64,000 bases of DNA. Origin: Sphaerodactylus townsendi. Lineage: Eukaryota. Shown piece by piece: positions 34,793 to 46,904 of the stretch; position 1 is the first letter of the stretch, and each line of letters begins with the position of its first letter. Below the pieces are notes generated by a model. It was not told the origin of the DNA and searched no databases. It saw nothing but the letters and a program-made list of their open reading frames with translations. The stretch covers positions 21,204,001 to 21,268,000 of the forward strand of contig NC_059438.1 in assembly GCF_021028975.2 (NCBI RefSeq). Direction: 5' to 3'. The position numbers and the translations under genes were made by a program.

Positions 34793-36569
34793 GAATACAT
34801 ATTTTTCTTCTACCTGGAGAGCAAGCCATGTGTACATATGCACACTCCTGGAAATAACTTATGAAGTTGCTGGAATAGGCATGAGAACTAGGGAATGTTT
34901 CTGGCAGGAAGCAATGAGAGAAGTATATTTCTGAAAACCAAGCAGCTCCATCTTGCCTGTTAATCACACCTTTCATTGAATAGCAGTTTTCCACTGTGAA
35001 GACCTCCCTTCTGTCTACTGTTGTAACCACACAATGACGACTTTTCTGTGTTTCTTCTGTCGCAGCTGTAAAAGCGGAGGTATTCATGGTTGCAACGGAG
35101 TATCCCCATGGTAGCAGGAATGTGTAGACGTCTCAACTTCAGGGGCAAGGGGGCATGTCACAGGGGAACACCTAGAGAAGGTGTGGGCTCAAGATCAAAA
35201 AAGATCAGTCTGAAGTAAACAATGTAAAATAGATCTCCATTATGTAAATTAAGAATAAGTGTACCAAAGCTAACTGAAGAGTTCATTACAACAAATGTAG
35301 TCTATATGCATGTTGCTAGAATTGCTCAACAGTGAATGTATGTCTACTGCTTTGTGTTCTCTTGATGAATTTTTAGGTGTAGTTTTAATAGGCTGGGTTC
35401 ATGTCGGAGGGAAAGAAATTTATTGTTTATCTCAGACTCAGGACTAGATGCAAGGAAGCTCTAGCTAAAAAGAGGAAAGGACCTAAGTGTGATATACCAG
35501 AACAATGCAGACATGCATGGCCTAGCTATACTCTGTCTCAGATAAAGATATTGGTATGGTCAGTTTGTTAGGCCTGACAAGTTGAGGTTCAGCAGTTGAG
35601 AAATCTGTATGCTTGCATGACAAAATTGCATTGTCCTGAACAAACGACTATGGGTATTATCATTAATTATTTACACGCTGCCTTTATTATTTTGTGCATT
35701 ATTGAACATGGTACTTCGATACAACAGCATTTATAGTTCATTGAACAACTATCATCAAACTTTCAAATGGATGGGGGCAGGGAAGCAGGGCTAAGCAGTT
35801 GGGTCAGGTGGAGCATTCTACAACAAAGAAGGTCCAGCATGCTTTGTTTTGTGGGGGAGGAATATACAATCCACTAACATCTTTACATGAACCAGATTGT
35901 GCCGTCAAAGGATCTTTTTGTACTGAGTACCAGCATCTTTTGTTCACGTCCCATGGGAGAAACTGGTGAAAATCAGCACAACCTTATGCATGAGTACCGG
36001 CAACTTGTTTTTAAAACACTGGAGTCATCAGAATGTTTCGTTTATTAACATTTCCTCCTCTTAATATGAATATGTCAGAGGTGGGAGCTGATGGATATGT
36101 CCACATGCCCATTCAGGACAGCTGGCCGTGGGAAAGGGCTCTACTGCACTAGACTCAGTGCAAACAACCAAGAATATATGTGTGTTTTAACTGACTTGAA
36201 TTACTTCACTGGTACATTTTAATTAGTGTGGTATTTTTAATTGTTATTGTCTGCTTGGTTTTATTTTATTGTTGGGAGCCTCTCTGAGCATCCTGCGAAG
36301 AGAGAGCTGCTTACCCTTGTGAGAGAGACTCAAAGGACGATGCAGTGAATGGTTGGCGGAGCAGCTGTCTATTTCCTGGTGGGGCCTGGGAAGAAGAAGT
36401 GGTGTAGCGTTCTTGTTAAAATGGCTGTTGGAGTTGTTGTGAGGGCGTGCAGGCCCAACGTGTATGCATCAGATTTAAATAAACACAATGAGCTCCTTTG
36501 CAAGTGACTGAAATCAGTTCTTTGAGGACTGTCTAGAGGATCTTCCTAAAGCCGCACTGTGGCTCTCAG

Positions 36570-36772
36570 TAGGGATGCCAACATCCAGGCGGGACCTGGA
36601 GATCCTCCGGAATTGTAGCTCATCTCCAGACTACAGAGATCAGTTCCCCTGGAGAAAATGAATCCTTTGGAAGGCAGACTCTCTGACGCTGTACCCCAGT
36701 GAGGTCCTGGTCACCTCCGGGCTCCATCGCCAAATCTCCAAGAGTTTTCCAAACCTGGATCTGGCAACCCTA
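36570..36772. mobile_element. Abundant ~200-bp element with TAGGG(A/T)TGCC...GGCAACCCTA termini (probable hAT-type MITE)
   Basis: Other copies or fragments at about 22835-23040, 38432-38780, 40066-40421, 40909-41050, 44250-44401, 47697-47909, 51537-51790 and 52865-53145. Confidence 0.7.
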
Positions 36773-38024
36773 CCCCCACCTCCCAATTCCCTGCCAGTGA
36801 GCTGGGTGGACCTGACAACCCTGCCCCATAGTTCCAACACTGTTGCATGATCATGTGCCCATCATGTGTTGCTGTAAAGGTCGGAGGGGGAGAAGGCAAA
36901 TTTTTTTTTGTTCTTATTTGAGTTTAAAGAAACTTGGTTTTTGGAGATGCTGAGGAATAATGATCATGAATCTGTTTTGTTTACTTCCTTCCCAGCACTC
37001 AGCTACTAGTCCCCAGAAGACGTTTGGGAGTGGAGACTCATAAAGCAGCATTCAGCAATATGATGATGCCATTTCCAGTCATACAACCGGAAATTACATC
37101 ACGGCATTGCCAGATGCCCTAGCATTCCACAGTTTCCTTGGGTGAATGCAAGAGGACTCAGCGATGTGCTGACATCATTTCAGATATTGCAGGGTGGAAA
37201 TGATGTTGTCACATTGCTGAATGATACTCTGGTACCCTGCTTTTCCCTTCCCACTTGCCGGAGCGAGACTGGACAATCGGGAGAGGGGCAGCAAACGACG
37301 GTGCTACTTTTCCTTGCGAGGGTGGATTTTTAAAAAAATCCAGCATAAAACACCTGGTAAACAATGCAATAGGACTAAGATTATAGAATTAGGAAACAAG
37401 GCAACCAAAACACTATAATGCAGAAACTGGATTACAAAGAAAGAAGTCAGGAAAGGCATATACAACAAACATTGCAATAGGCTACATTTAGGACATTTCC
37501 CAACTGAAATAGGTTTGAAAGGTGGGTAATTCTCATTGGATGGAATGGGAATGCATCACCTGACACAGGTGATTTCCAGACTGGACTTCTAGGCTAGGCT
37601 GAGAGAGAATGGTTGGCCCGAAGTTGTTCAGTGAGCGTCCACAGCAGAATGGGGATTTGAGCAGACATTTTTTCTTTCAAAGATGGATGACAGCTAGAGC
37701 AGGAAGGCCTTAGTTTCATTATTTGGCTTATGTTAGAAAATATATGTCCCACTTTTATGCTTATTAAGTGCTCAAAGGAGTTTACAAGTAGTAAATTAAA
37801 GTAGGGTTTTGTTTATAGCAATATTAAAATATCAAAACTCATACTGTAATCCTAGGATGACATTAGCTGTCACCCTGTCCTGTTGAAAGCAAAATTGAAC
37901 TTATGTTCAGTGTAGGAGCGCAGAAACAAATCTGGTTCACCAGATAAGACTACCCCACTAAGGCTTTGGCCCCTTCCAGATGGAGAGAAGCAGCCACAGC
38001 CAGGTTGGTGTTCTTCAGGTAGCA

Positions 38025-38211
38025 TCAGGCACACTTGGGCTTGCCAAGGCAGAAGGGCAATTCCGGAGCAGGAACCAGAATGTTCCCAAAGACAGGCTGG
38101 TAGTTCTCCGGCAGGACTTGCAGATTCTGCACCATTATCTCAAGCACGTTGTTGCGAATTTCTTTAGAGACGTCACCCCGCACTTCTAGGAGCATGGAAA
38201 TGTGGTCGTCA
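38025..38211 (-). CDS. EXOC3L1: EXOC3L1 last coding exon (DDHISMLLEVRGDVSKE...FCLGKPKCA*)
   Basis: 187 nt ending in TGA. Confidence 0.93.
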
Positions 38212-38525
38212 CTGTGGGGGGAGAATAAGACAGATGGCAAATTACCTCTCCTTGGCCCTCTTGCTGACAATCACTCCCCAAGTGTCTTCAGAAGCCCCAA
38301 AAGTCCACTACTTCACCTTGTTTCCTCAGCTGCCCCTCAGTCACACAGATGTTCAGAATCACAACAGGCAATTTCCACTTCCAGTTTGGGAAACCAAGTT
38401 CCAACTTGGCTGCCTCTAGGTGTGGGCATGAATAGGGTTACCAGCTCTGGGTTGGGAAATACCTGGAGATTTGGGGGTGGGATTTGGGGAGAGGGGGGAG
38501 CTCAGCGGATTATAATGCCATAGAG

Positions 38526-38662
38526 CATAGGTGTCAAACTCGCGGCCCTCCAGATGTTATGGACTACAGTTCCCATCATCCCCATGCCAACATCATGCTG
38601 GCATGGGGATGATGGGAACTGTAGTCCATAATATCTGGAGGGCCGCGAGTTTGACACCTGTG
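38526..38662. mobile_element. Palindromic hAT-type MITE (TIR cayaggtgtcaaactc)
   Basis: TSD ccatagag/ctgtagag; nested in a TAGGGTTGCC-type element. Confidence 0.85.
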
Positions 38663-39405
38663 CTGTAGAGTCTACCCTCCAAAGCGGCCATTTTTTCCTG
38701 GGGAACTCATCTTGATTGCTCAAGGATCAGTTGTAATATTGGGAGATTTCCAGGTGCCATCTGGAGGTGGGCAACCCTTTGCTGGCAATAAAAAGCAGCA
38801 TGGAAACTGCATCCACCTGTCTTGTTCCCTTACTGCATACTCTGCAGCTGTCCCACCCCTGCCCCTACATGCTGTGCCTTGGTACTCCCCCATTAGATGT
38901 AGGGACCCAGAAAAAAACCTGGAAGAAATGGAAGAAAAAACCCTAATATTTTTCATGAGGTCTTTAAAATATTTTTTCCAATGAAAATATTGGGAAGTCA
39001 AGGGAATGCTGGAAAAAACCCTCCTATGAAATAGTTCCCCTTTTCAAATGAGTGAAATGTTTTTAAAGAGCAGGTGGGCATGCTGTAAACACATACCGCT
39101 CTTAACTACAAGATGTATTTTTGCACTAGAAGGAAAAGTGGAGAAGTGGGGAATCAAACCCCATCTTCATGAAGATAGCATGCAGAACTTTGATTGTTTC
39201 TGTGGCCCTTTTGACCTGACTCTTCTCTTGTGGTTGACGTTTGCACGTCTTCCTCAAACCAGTATGACACATATAGCCGCAGACTGGGTAAAGTAGCTTA
39301 TTGCCTATATTGCTAAAGGTGGGGAGATCAGATGGGGCAGAAACTGCACGGAAGCCTCAGCAGAAAGCTCTGGAAATTTCACTGAGAACTGAGTTCTCTC
39401 TAACC

Positions 39406-39847
39406 CAGGGGTAGGGAACCTGCGGCTCGAGAGCCGCATGCGGCTCTTCTGCCCTTGCACTACGGCTTCACAAGCTGAGCCGCCGGCCCCATCCTTGCCC
39501 ACCCTGCAGGCAGAAAGGCAGGCGCACCAACTGCCTGCGGTTGGCTGGGTCGCGCCGTGGGCTTCCCCTCTCGCCCGCCCCATTTGAGCGGGGCGGGTGC
39601 TTTCCCGGCGGCCGGCAAGGCCGAGCCACTGACCCCATCCTTGCCCGCCCTGCAGGCAGCAGGGCAGACACATCCTTGCGCTTCTCAGAATGAGCGGAGT
39701 AAAAGGTAAAAAAAAAACCCCCTATATATATATATAGTGTTATCTTTATTTTAAATGTCAAAAATTATTTGCGGCTCCAAGTGTTTTCTTTTCCCGTGGA
39801 AAACGGGTCCAAATGGCTCTTTGAGTGTTAAAGGTTCCCTACCCCTG
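39406..39847. mobile_element. Non-autonomous hAT (Charlie-type) element, 442 bp
   Basis: TIR caggggtagggaacct / aggttccctacccctg, perfect TSD ctctaacc, CpG-rich interior (probably young). Confidence 0.9.
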
Positions 39848-40157
39848 CTCTAACCAGTAGCCACAGAAAGGAGAAGACAGCATTTGACTGTGCAGAGCTG
39901 TGCAGATCTTAGTACTATCTCCTTGTGTAAACAAATATGCATTTTATTTACCAGAAATCTGAAGAAAATTGGTGTACAGAGGCAAAAAAGAGCGCCAGAC
40001 AAGTTGGGCCCACATGAGGCACAAAATCATCTGGATGTTCTCCTTTATGGCACGGGCTTCCTGTTTAGTGTTGCCAATTCCTGGCTGGTAAATTCCTGGA
40101 GATTTGGGGGATAGAACTAGGGGAGGGAGTTGGGAGGGACTCCAGCAGGCTATAGTG

Positions 40158-40305
40158 CAGTGGTGGCAAACCTATGGCACTCCAGATGTTCAAGGACTAC
40201 AATTCCCATCAGCCCCTGCCATAATGGCCAATTGACCAGGCTGGCAGGGGCTGATGGGAGTTGTAGTCCATGCACATCTGAAGTGCCATAGGTTTGCCAC
40301 CACTG
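40158..40305. mobile_element. Palindromic hAT-type MITE (TIR cagtggtggcaaacc)
   Basis: Perfect TSD ctatagtg; nested in a TAGGGTTGCC-type element. Confidence 0.9.
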
Positions 40306-40556
40306 CTATAGTGCCATAGAATCCACCCACCACAGCAGCCTCCAGGGGAAGTGATCCCTGTAGCCTTCAGAGCAGTTGTAATTCTGGGAAATCTCCAGGT
40401 CACAGCTGGAGGTTGGCAACCATGTTCCTGTTTTTCCCTGAATAATGGCATCCACATGTGGAAGTAGGTAGACCACACCAACTACTGAGAGCTGTATTTC
40501 CTTTGGCAGGTGCCAGATGGCGGTACAGCTAACTTCCTAATATTTGGGTGCCTTAC

Positions 40557-40681
40557 CTGATGTCAGGATATTTAGTCACGAGTCCCAGCACTTCCAAGCT
40601 GAGCAAAGTGGGATCCTTGAGGCTGATCAGCTCCTGGAGATCAGCAATCACGTTGAGGGTCTGATCGCTCTCCTTCAAGCC
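40557..40681 (-). CDS. EXOC3L1: EXOC3L1 coding exon 12 (GLKESDQTLNVIADLQELISLKDPTLLSLEVLGLVTKYPDI)
   Basis: 125 nt, canonical splice sites. Confidence 0.94.
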
Positions 40682-41149
40682 CTGGAGAAAGAAACAGGCG
40701 CTGAGGAGTCAGTGGGTTGGACCCTATCTGCACCCCACCATTCCACTGAGCAAATTAAATTAGCTTCCTACGGAAAACTGCTGTGGTCAATTACCATCTG
40801 GTCTGTATTTTGCCCTTTCTGAGAGCAGTGATGGACCATCATCTCCAGGTCTTTTTGGATATCTCATCTGTTCTGGACCCTTTTCTGTTTGGATTCAGTC
40901 TGGGATATAAGGTTGCCAGCTTCAGGTTGGGAAATCCCTGGATATTTTGGACGTGGAGCTTGAGGAAGGTGGGTTTGGGGAGAAGAGGGACTTCAGTAGG
41001 GTATAATACCATATGGTCCATCTTTCATTTTCTACCGATGAACTGATCTCCATGCAACAATGATCTGTTACATGGAGATCAGTTGGATCTTTGTTGCATG
41101 GAAATCAGTCTTAATGTTAATCAGTCTTAATCAGTCTTTGTTGCATGGA

Positions 41150-41717
41150 AATCACTGGCTCCCAGTTGAGTTCTGGATCGTCTTCAAGGTATTGGTTTTA
41201 ACCTTTAAGGCCTTGCGCGGCCTGGGACCCTCGTACCTACGAGACCGTCTGGCCCCATATGTCCCACGTCGGTCCCTGCGTACTGCGGAGGCCAATTTGC
41301 TGGTGATCCCCGCCCCCTCTATGATGCGGCTGGCCTCCACCAGAGCCAGGGCTTTTACGGCCCTGGCCCCTGCCTGTGGAATGCTCTCCCTCCAGCTGTC
41401 CGGGCCCTGCGGGACCTCAATGAGTTCCGCAGGGCCTGTAAGACTGAGCTTTTCCACCGGGCCTTCGGGGAGACCAGCTGCTGATGTGGGTGCCCATAAC
41501 AAACATGCTGTGAAACATTCTAGACCCACTGTCCCTCTCCTAAGAGGAGTTTAATAGTCGGATGCCATCTATTTTAAACTTAAACTTAAATTGGGTTTGA
41601 TAGCTGAATGCTGCTGCATTTTAAGTCTTAATTCAATTTTATTTGTTTTATTGTCTGTCTGTTAGTGTTGTACACCGCCCTGAGCCCTCCGGGGGAGGGT
41701 GGTATAAAAATGCAAGA

Positions 41718-41748
<31 letters not shown>
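41150..41748 (+). mobile_element. L2-type LINE 3' fragment with (AAAT)n tail
   Basis: HWLPVEFWIVFKVLVLTFKALRGLGPSYLRDRL, typical of the L2 ORF2 C-terminus. Confidence 0.85.
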
Positions 41749-42010
41749 AGCAGGAGATCAGCACCATCTGGGATATGGGACTGAAATGGTGTGGGGCGGG
41801 GGGGGGGGGGGCACACACACAAAAGCAGTCCACTCAAACTCCGGAGAATCTTCAAAGGGAAGATTTTGAGGATGAAGTTTCCAAGTTGTGGCTCCCTCTT
41901 GCTGATTCTGCGCAAGCCTGGCCAGCAGAGTCAACCCACCTTTCAAAAGAAACTCCTGGTCTCTGCTAACCCTTTCCCTGGAGAAAAAACAAGCTATTCC
42001 CTTCTCTCAC

Positions 42011-42166
42011 CAGGGTACAGAAGAGCTGCTTCAGCTGAGAGGCGTCCTGCAGCATCCGCCTGCCCATCTGGTCTCTCTCCTCTGTGTTCCGGCACACAAT
42101 TTTCTTCTGCAGCAGCGCCTTCACGTACTGGCTCATAACCACGTGCTCAGAATCCACAAGGAGATC
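42011..42166 (-). CDS. EXOC3L1: EXOC3L1 coding exon 11 (DLLVDSEHVVMSQYVKALLQKKIVCR...QLFCTL)
   Basis: 156 nt, canonical splice sites. Confidence 0.93.
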
Positions 42167-42291
42167 CTAAACATCAAGGGGGGAAAGACTTGGTTCATTC
42201 ATTCTGGCTACTTCTGGTGGAAGCTGGTCTAAGGGGAGGGCAGAAACGTGGGGTATAAATGCTTCAAAAGAAATAAAAATAAAGAGTCCAG

Positions 42292-42573
42292 GGCCCTTTC
42301 CCCACTCACCTTTGCCCGAGGGTTGCTGCGGGCAATTCCCGGCGCGCGCAATTCCTGCCGTGCGCCCTGGCTTCCCCACGACCCCGTGCTCTGCGCGGGG
42401 TCGTCAAAAGGCGCCATTTGAAAAGGCGCCAGAAATTCCGCGCGTCGAGGGGGCGCGAGAGAAGCAGCGTCGGGGCGGCTGCGTTCTCGCCGCCCCTGAA
42501 GTGGGGAGGGCAGCTGAACCCCGCGCTACTTGAGGAGAGTAGCGCGGGGCTTAAGGAAAGTGGGGAAAGGGCC
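42292..42573. mobile_element. PIF/Harbinger-type MITE, CpG-rich
   Basis: TIR ggccctttccccact / agtggggaaagggcc, 3-bp TSD cag. Confidence 0.8.
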
Positions 42574-42856
42574 CAGGTTTAAATCTCTGGCAACTCCAAC
42601 ATAGAAAGATGTTGGGGCTTGGGAAATTTTTTTCTCCTGAAATCTTGGAGAAATGCTGCTAGTTAGTGTACAGCGCTTAATGCACCGATCTGATGCTGTA
42701 CAAGGGTTAGGGTTCATATGTTCAACACATGCACGGTGGATCTGGACATCCAGCTGGTATTAGGGACACCTGCAGAGGACGGCTGTCTTCAAAGGCCAGA
42801 TGTCAGCCAGCTAGCAGCAAAGGATTCTCCCCACCACCATTACCCCCAGACCTTAC

Positions 42857-42979
42857 CGTGCTGAAAGGTTTGCGAGCCCTGCAGAAGACTTTCACGTGGG
42901 TATCGATCACCTCACATATGTTACGCATCATTTGGGGGTCAGATAGCCAGTGGCGGGAAGGCAGCTGTACAAACAGTGG
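42857..42979 (-). CDS. EXOC3L1: EXOC3L1 coding exon 10 (PLFVQLPSRHWLSDPQ...KPFST)
   Basis: 123 nt, canonical splice sites. Confidence 0.93.
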
Positions 42980-43544
42980 CTGGAGCAGAAAGGGATATCT
43001 CCGTACGTTTAAAGAAAAATGTATATCTCCTCTTCCCTTCCTTTGAAAAGGAAGCTCACGGCAGCTTACAAAGCAACCATAAAAATACAGGCAACCCTCA
43101 TATACAACAGCATAAATAATATATGCAATGTGTATCATAAAATCGGGAAGAAATACACAGGAACAGATTTTGAGCCTGAAGAGACCTGTTCAAATTATAT
43201 ATTTTAATGTGCAGCACTGCAAGTTCAAAGTCTAATGGTCTTCTCCTGGGAATTCCAGTGGTCCAAGCTGCTGTAGCAAAACCAAACAGAAGTCCTGTGG
43301 CACCTTATAGACGAACAGCATTTATTCCAGCAGGAGCTTTCATGAGCCAGAATTCACTACTACTGATTCGGACTGCATCCAGACTGACCTCTGTCTCACA
43401 GAAGCTCAGTAAATGTTAAGTGTTTACGGTGCCATTGGACTTCTGTTTTGATGTCTTGGGTCTGAAGGCACAGAGGGAAACTGAAATGGCCTAGTTCGGC
43501 TTATGTGGAGACCACATCTTCTTCCTTCTGTTAGAAATAGGTAC

Positions 43545-43686
43545 CTGCAGATCTGCTAGCAGCTCATCCAGTAACAGCCGGCATGCCTTCTTCTGGGCCT
43601 TCTCCAGGGCGGCCTTCAGTGAGGACGGAATCTTGTGGGACTCTGAGAAGGATGCCCCTTCCGTACAGAGGACTGAGACTGAAGTG
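43545..43686 (-). CDS. EXOC3L1: EXOC3L1 coding exon 9 (TSVSVLCTEG...LLLDELLADLQ)
   Basis: 142 nt, follows a 117-nt intron. Confidence 0.9.
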
Positions 43687-43803
43687 CTGCCCATTGAGAG
43701 GAAAGGAAGAGTTGGGAAGTGGGCTTGTTGCAGAGTGCCAAGGGTCTGGGGATGGGATGGCAGCCATGACAGGAGAAGTGCCAATCACTGGCTGGGTGAG
43801 TAC

Positions 43804-43914
43804 CTGAGAGCCAGACAGTTGTTGATGGTTGACAGCATATATGGGGCATAGCACTTGGATGCAGCAGGCTCTTGTTGATGTTCTCTGTTGAATTCCGACA
43901 GGGCCTCAGTAAGG
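43804..43914 (-). CDS. EXOC3L1: EXOC3L1 coding exon 8 (LTEALSEFNREHQQEPAASKCYAPYMLSTINNCLAL)
   Basis: 111 nt, donor AG|gtactc. Confidence 0.9.
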
Positions 43915-44883
43915 CTGCAGAGAAGAACGACAGTTACAAGGGCATCTTGTTCACCTAGTTAGATCTCTGCCTTCTCATGAGTGTAAAGATTAGCACATGA
44001 GCTTGGAAAACTCATGAAGATTTGGGAGGTGGTGCCTGTGGAGACATCACCTGGGGAAGAGAAGGAGCTCAACATGGATGTTATGTAACTCTAGGACTTC
44101 CATTTCTCCCAGACTCTATGATATACCTCTATACTTGCCATTTTCTTCAGGGGATATCTTTGGTCTGAAGATCAGTTGCTCACTAAAGACTTGTGATTCA
44201 AGGGAATCCTTGAAGAATCCTTCCCCAAAGTAATAGCCAATTAGAGTAGGAATGGGGTTACCAAGTCCAAGTTGGAAAAGACCTTGGTGTGATATAATGC
44301 CATAGAGTCTACCCTCCAAAGCAGTTGTTTGCTTCAGGGCAACTAATCTCTTTTGTGACTCCAGGAGATCTCCAGGCCCTACCTGGAGATTGGCAACCCT
44401 AGCGATCCAAACAGCCTTTACTGGCTGCACTTACAGAGTCCTTTCCATGCCCTCTAGAGCAGCAGTCTCTGACCTTTTGAGCCTGCAGGCACAATTGGAA
44501 ATCCTGGTAGGTGTAGCAACAAAATGGCTGCCACAAAATGGCTGCCACAGGAGGTACAGCCAACCACAGAATGATTGCTATAGCTTTACTTCAGTAGCAC
44601 AGTACAGATTCTTGTGATGTGGTAGCAGCTGTTGCCATCGCAACATTTTAAAAATTGCACAGCCAATCAAATCTCCAGGAGTCAGTCAGAAGCCTTGCCA
44701 TGCAAAAACCCTACCTGACCCCACCCATTTCTTGAAAACACTTGGCAGACACCAAGGAGAGCTTGATGGCATCTGCAGGCACCATGTTGGGGATACCTGC
44801 TCAAGAGGGTCCTTTCCCAGCATGACAACCACTCTCCTCTGTTTCTGGACCCCCACTGAAGAGGCAGTAGAGGGACAACTGAC

Positions 44884-44984
44884 CTGCCCAGAAAGGCTTC
44901 CAATTCTGCCAGAGCCATGCTGCGCACCTTCTGCAGGAGATTATCTGAGATGAGGGAGGCCACTCGGATGTTCTCATCTAGCAT
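44884..44984 (-). CDS. EXOC3L1: EXOC3L1 coding exon 7 (MLDENIRVASLISDNLLQKVRSMALAELEAFLG)
   Basis: 101 nt, canonical splice sites. Confidence 0.94.
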
Positions 44985-45107
44985 CTGACATGCAAGAGGA
45001 AGAAAGGGAAAGAGATGAATGGGAATCAAAACCCCTGACCTTCCTTCTGCAGCCGGGTCCCCCTCTCCTCCCCTACATGGGTCTTCTTCTGGCCCACTTC
45101 TTCTCAC

Positions 45108-45233
45108 CTTCATAACAATGATGGGCAGAGTGGTCTGGAAGCAGCCTTGGTAGTCTGACTCAGGCTCTGTGTCGCTGAACCACTCTTTGAACTCTATCTC
45201 CAGGGTCTTCTGCATCCATTCAGCAATGCTAGC
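45108..45233 (-). CDS. EXOC3L1: EXOC3L1 coding exon 6 (ASIAEWMQKTLEIEFKEW...LPIIVMK)
   Basis: 126 nt, canonical splice sites. Confidence 0.93.
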
Positions 45234-45533
45234 CTAGAGAACCAAACAAAAGACCTTCTCAGCCAAGTCTACAAACTTGTAGTGGGTGCCATGAGGCCAG
45301 GCGCAAAATGCTGGGAGGTGCCAAGTCCTGGGCAACGGAGGTAGCTGCTTCTCAATGGCTGCTGTTTAAATACACAGGGGTGATTTCACCAGAGTTCTTC
45401 TCATGCGCTTCTTTTTCAGTGTGGCAGAGTTAGGGCACTGGGAGAGAGGAAACACCTGGAGTTCTACCTCGCTTGGCCAAGAAGCTGTGCTGAGGAAACA
45501 GGATGTTTTAATCTGCTGTTGACCCTTCCTTAC

Positions 45534-45651
45534 CTGCACTTTGACAACATATGTCTCTTCCAGGTAATCTATCAAGTCCGCAGCAAGCAGGGGCCTCAAG
45601 GTAGAAACATCCACTTCGGGGAGAAGGTTTGGGTGTGCCATCATTTCCGCA
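45534..45651 (-). CDS. EXOC3L1: EXOC3L1 coding exon 5 (AEMMAHPNLLPEVDVS...VVKVQ)
   Basis: 118 nt, canonical splice sites. Confidence 0.93.
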
Positions 45652-46904
45652 CTGTGGAACAACAAGGCATGTTAGGATTAGACATTTTTCAGTGCCAACC
45701 GCTCCTTCCTCCCTTACAGCATGCGTAGGCTTGGCTGTGCAGTGCATCCCCATTGCAGAGTTATATAATGATGATCACTTTTAAACTGTGACGGATTTGC
45801 CTATAGGCTTGGCAGGCTGAAGCCTAGGGCCTCAAAATTTAGAAGTCTCTGACTAAAGTGTATAATATTTTTGTGGCGCTTCCCCTTCCCTCCCCGGGCC
45901 TTCAGGTGTGGGCTCCTTCCCTCCCTCCCTTTCCTGGGGGCTGACTTCCCCAGAGGTGTTCTCTTCCTGTTGGCCCGGAGGGCCAAGAAACAGTTTTGCC
46001 CACAGGGCGCCTCGTGACGTAGGCTGCCCCGCCCTGGTACCCAAACCTCACCACCCAGGTCCCCGGTGGCTTCCCTCCCTTGGACTGGCTGTAGTTCCTT
46101 CACTAGCAGCCAGTTGTAGTTAGGCCTGCAGTCTCGCCCTGGCCAGTTGCTTCACTGAGCCTTTGACTGCTTCTCCACGGCAAGCCAGCTCCCTGGCTTG
46201 CCCGCTCGTCCTCCTCCCTTCCTGAGATTCCTCTCTCATTAGACAGTCCCTCTTCCCTCCCTGAGATTCCTCTCTCACTAAACCGTCCCTCTTCCCTCCC
46301 TTCAACAGCCCGCTGCAGTGGCAGCTCTTGAGGTCTTGGGCTCCCTTCCTTAAATAATCTTTCTTGCTCCAAGGTCCTCCCCCTCCCCAGCTGCCGCCTC
46401 TCTGAGCTGAGCCAAGCCGGCTCAGCTGTGTTTCGGGCGCGGCCAGGTCTCTGCTCTTTCCCCACTTCCACATTCCTGGCTGCTGGCTGGATGCAAGGTC
46501 TCCCCCATGGCGGCGCGTCTCTTTCCCGATCGCTGGTAAGTCTGGGTGCGGGGAGGGAGGGGGCGGGCGTCCCAAATGCCGGGACTTCGCCCGCACCCGG
46601 ACAATTTTTGACTTGTGCACTGCCCCTCCCCCGGTGATTTCTGTTCAATCTGCTGCTGCACATGTGTTGTGCATATTAGCCACATGTGTGATGTGATCTG
46701 CCTTGAGTCCCTGTGAGATGGGTGGACTTCACACCAACCTTCCTAGACTCCAACTCCAAATCTTGAGGAATTTCTCAAACTGGAGTTCAAAACACTGTCT
46801 ATCTTCCCCATCTACATTTCAAAACCTCATCTACACTTAAAAATTAGTTGTCCCTGTTGCCTTCCCTGTCTATGACCACAGCATCCTAGAGTATTGGTAC
46901 TGAC

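Noticed and set aside
41060-41554. 164-aa ORF
   Set aside because: Frameshifted L2 ORF2 remnant.
45800-46640. GC-rich stretch with several 60-186-aa ORFs in an EXOC3L1 intron
   Set aside because: No protein similarity that I recognise. It contains a 39-bp tandem duplication and looks like a TE interior, but I could not define its termini.
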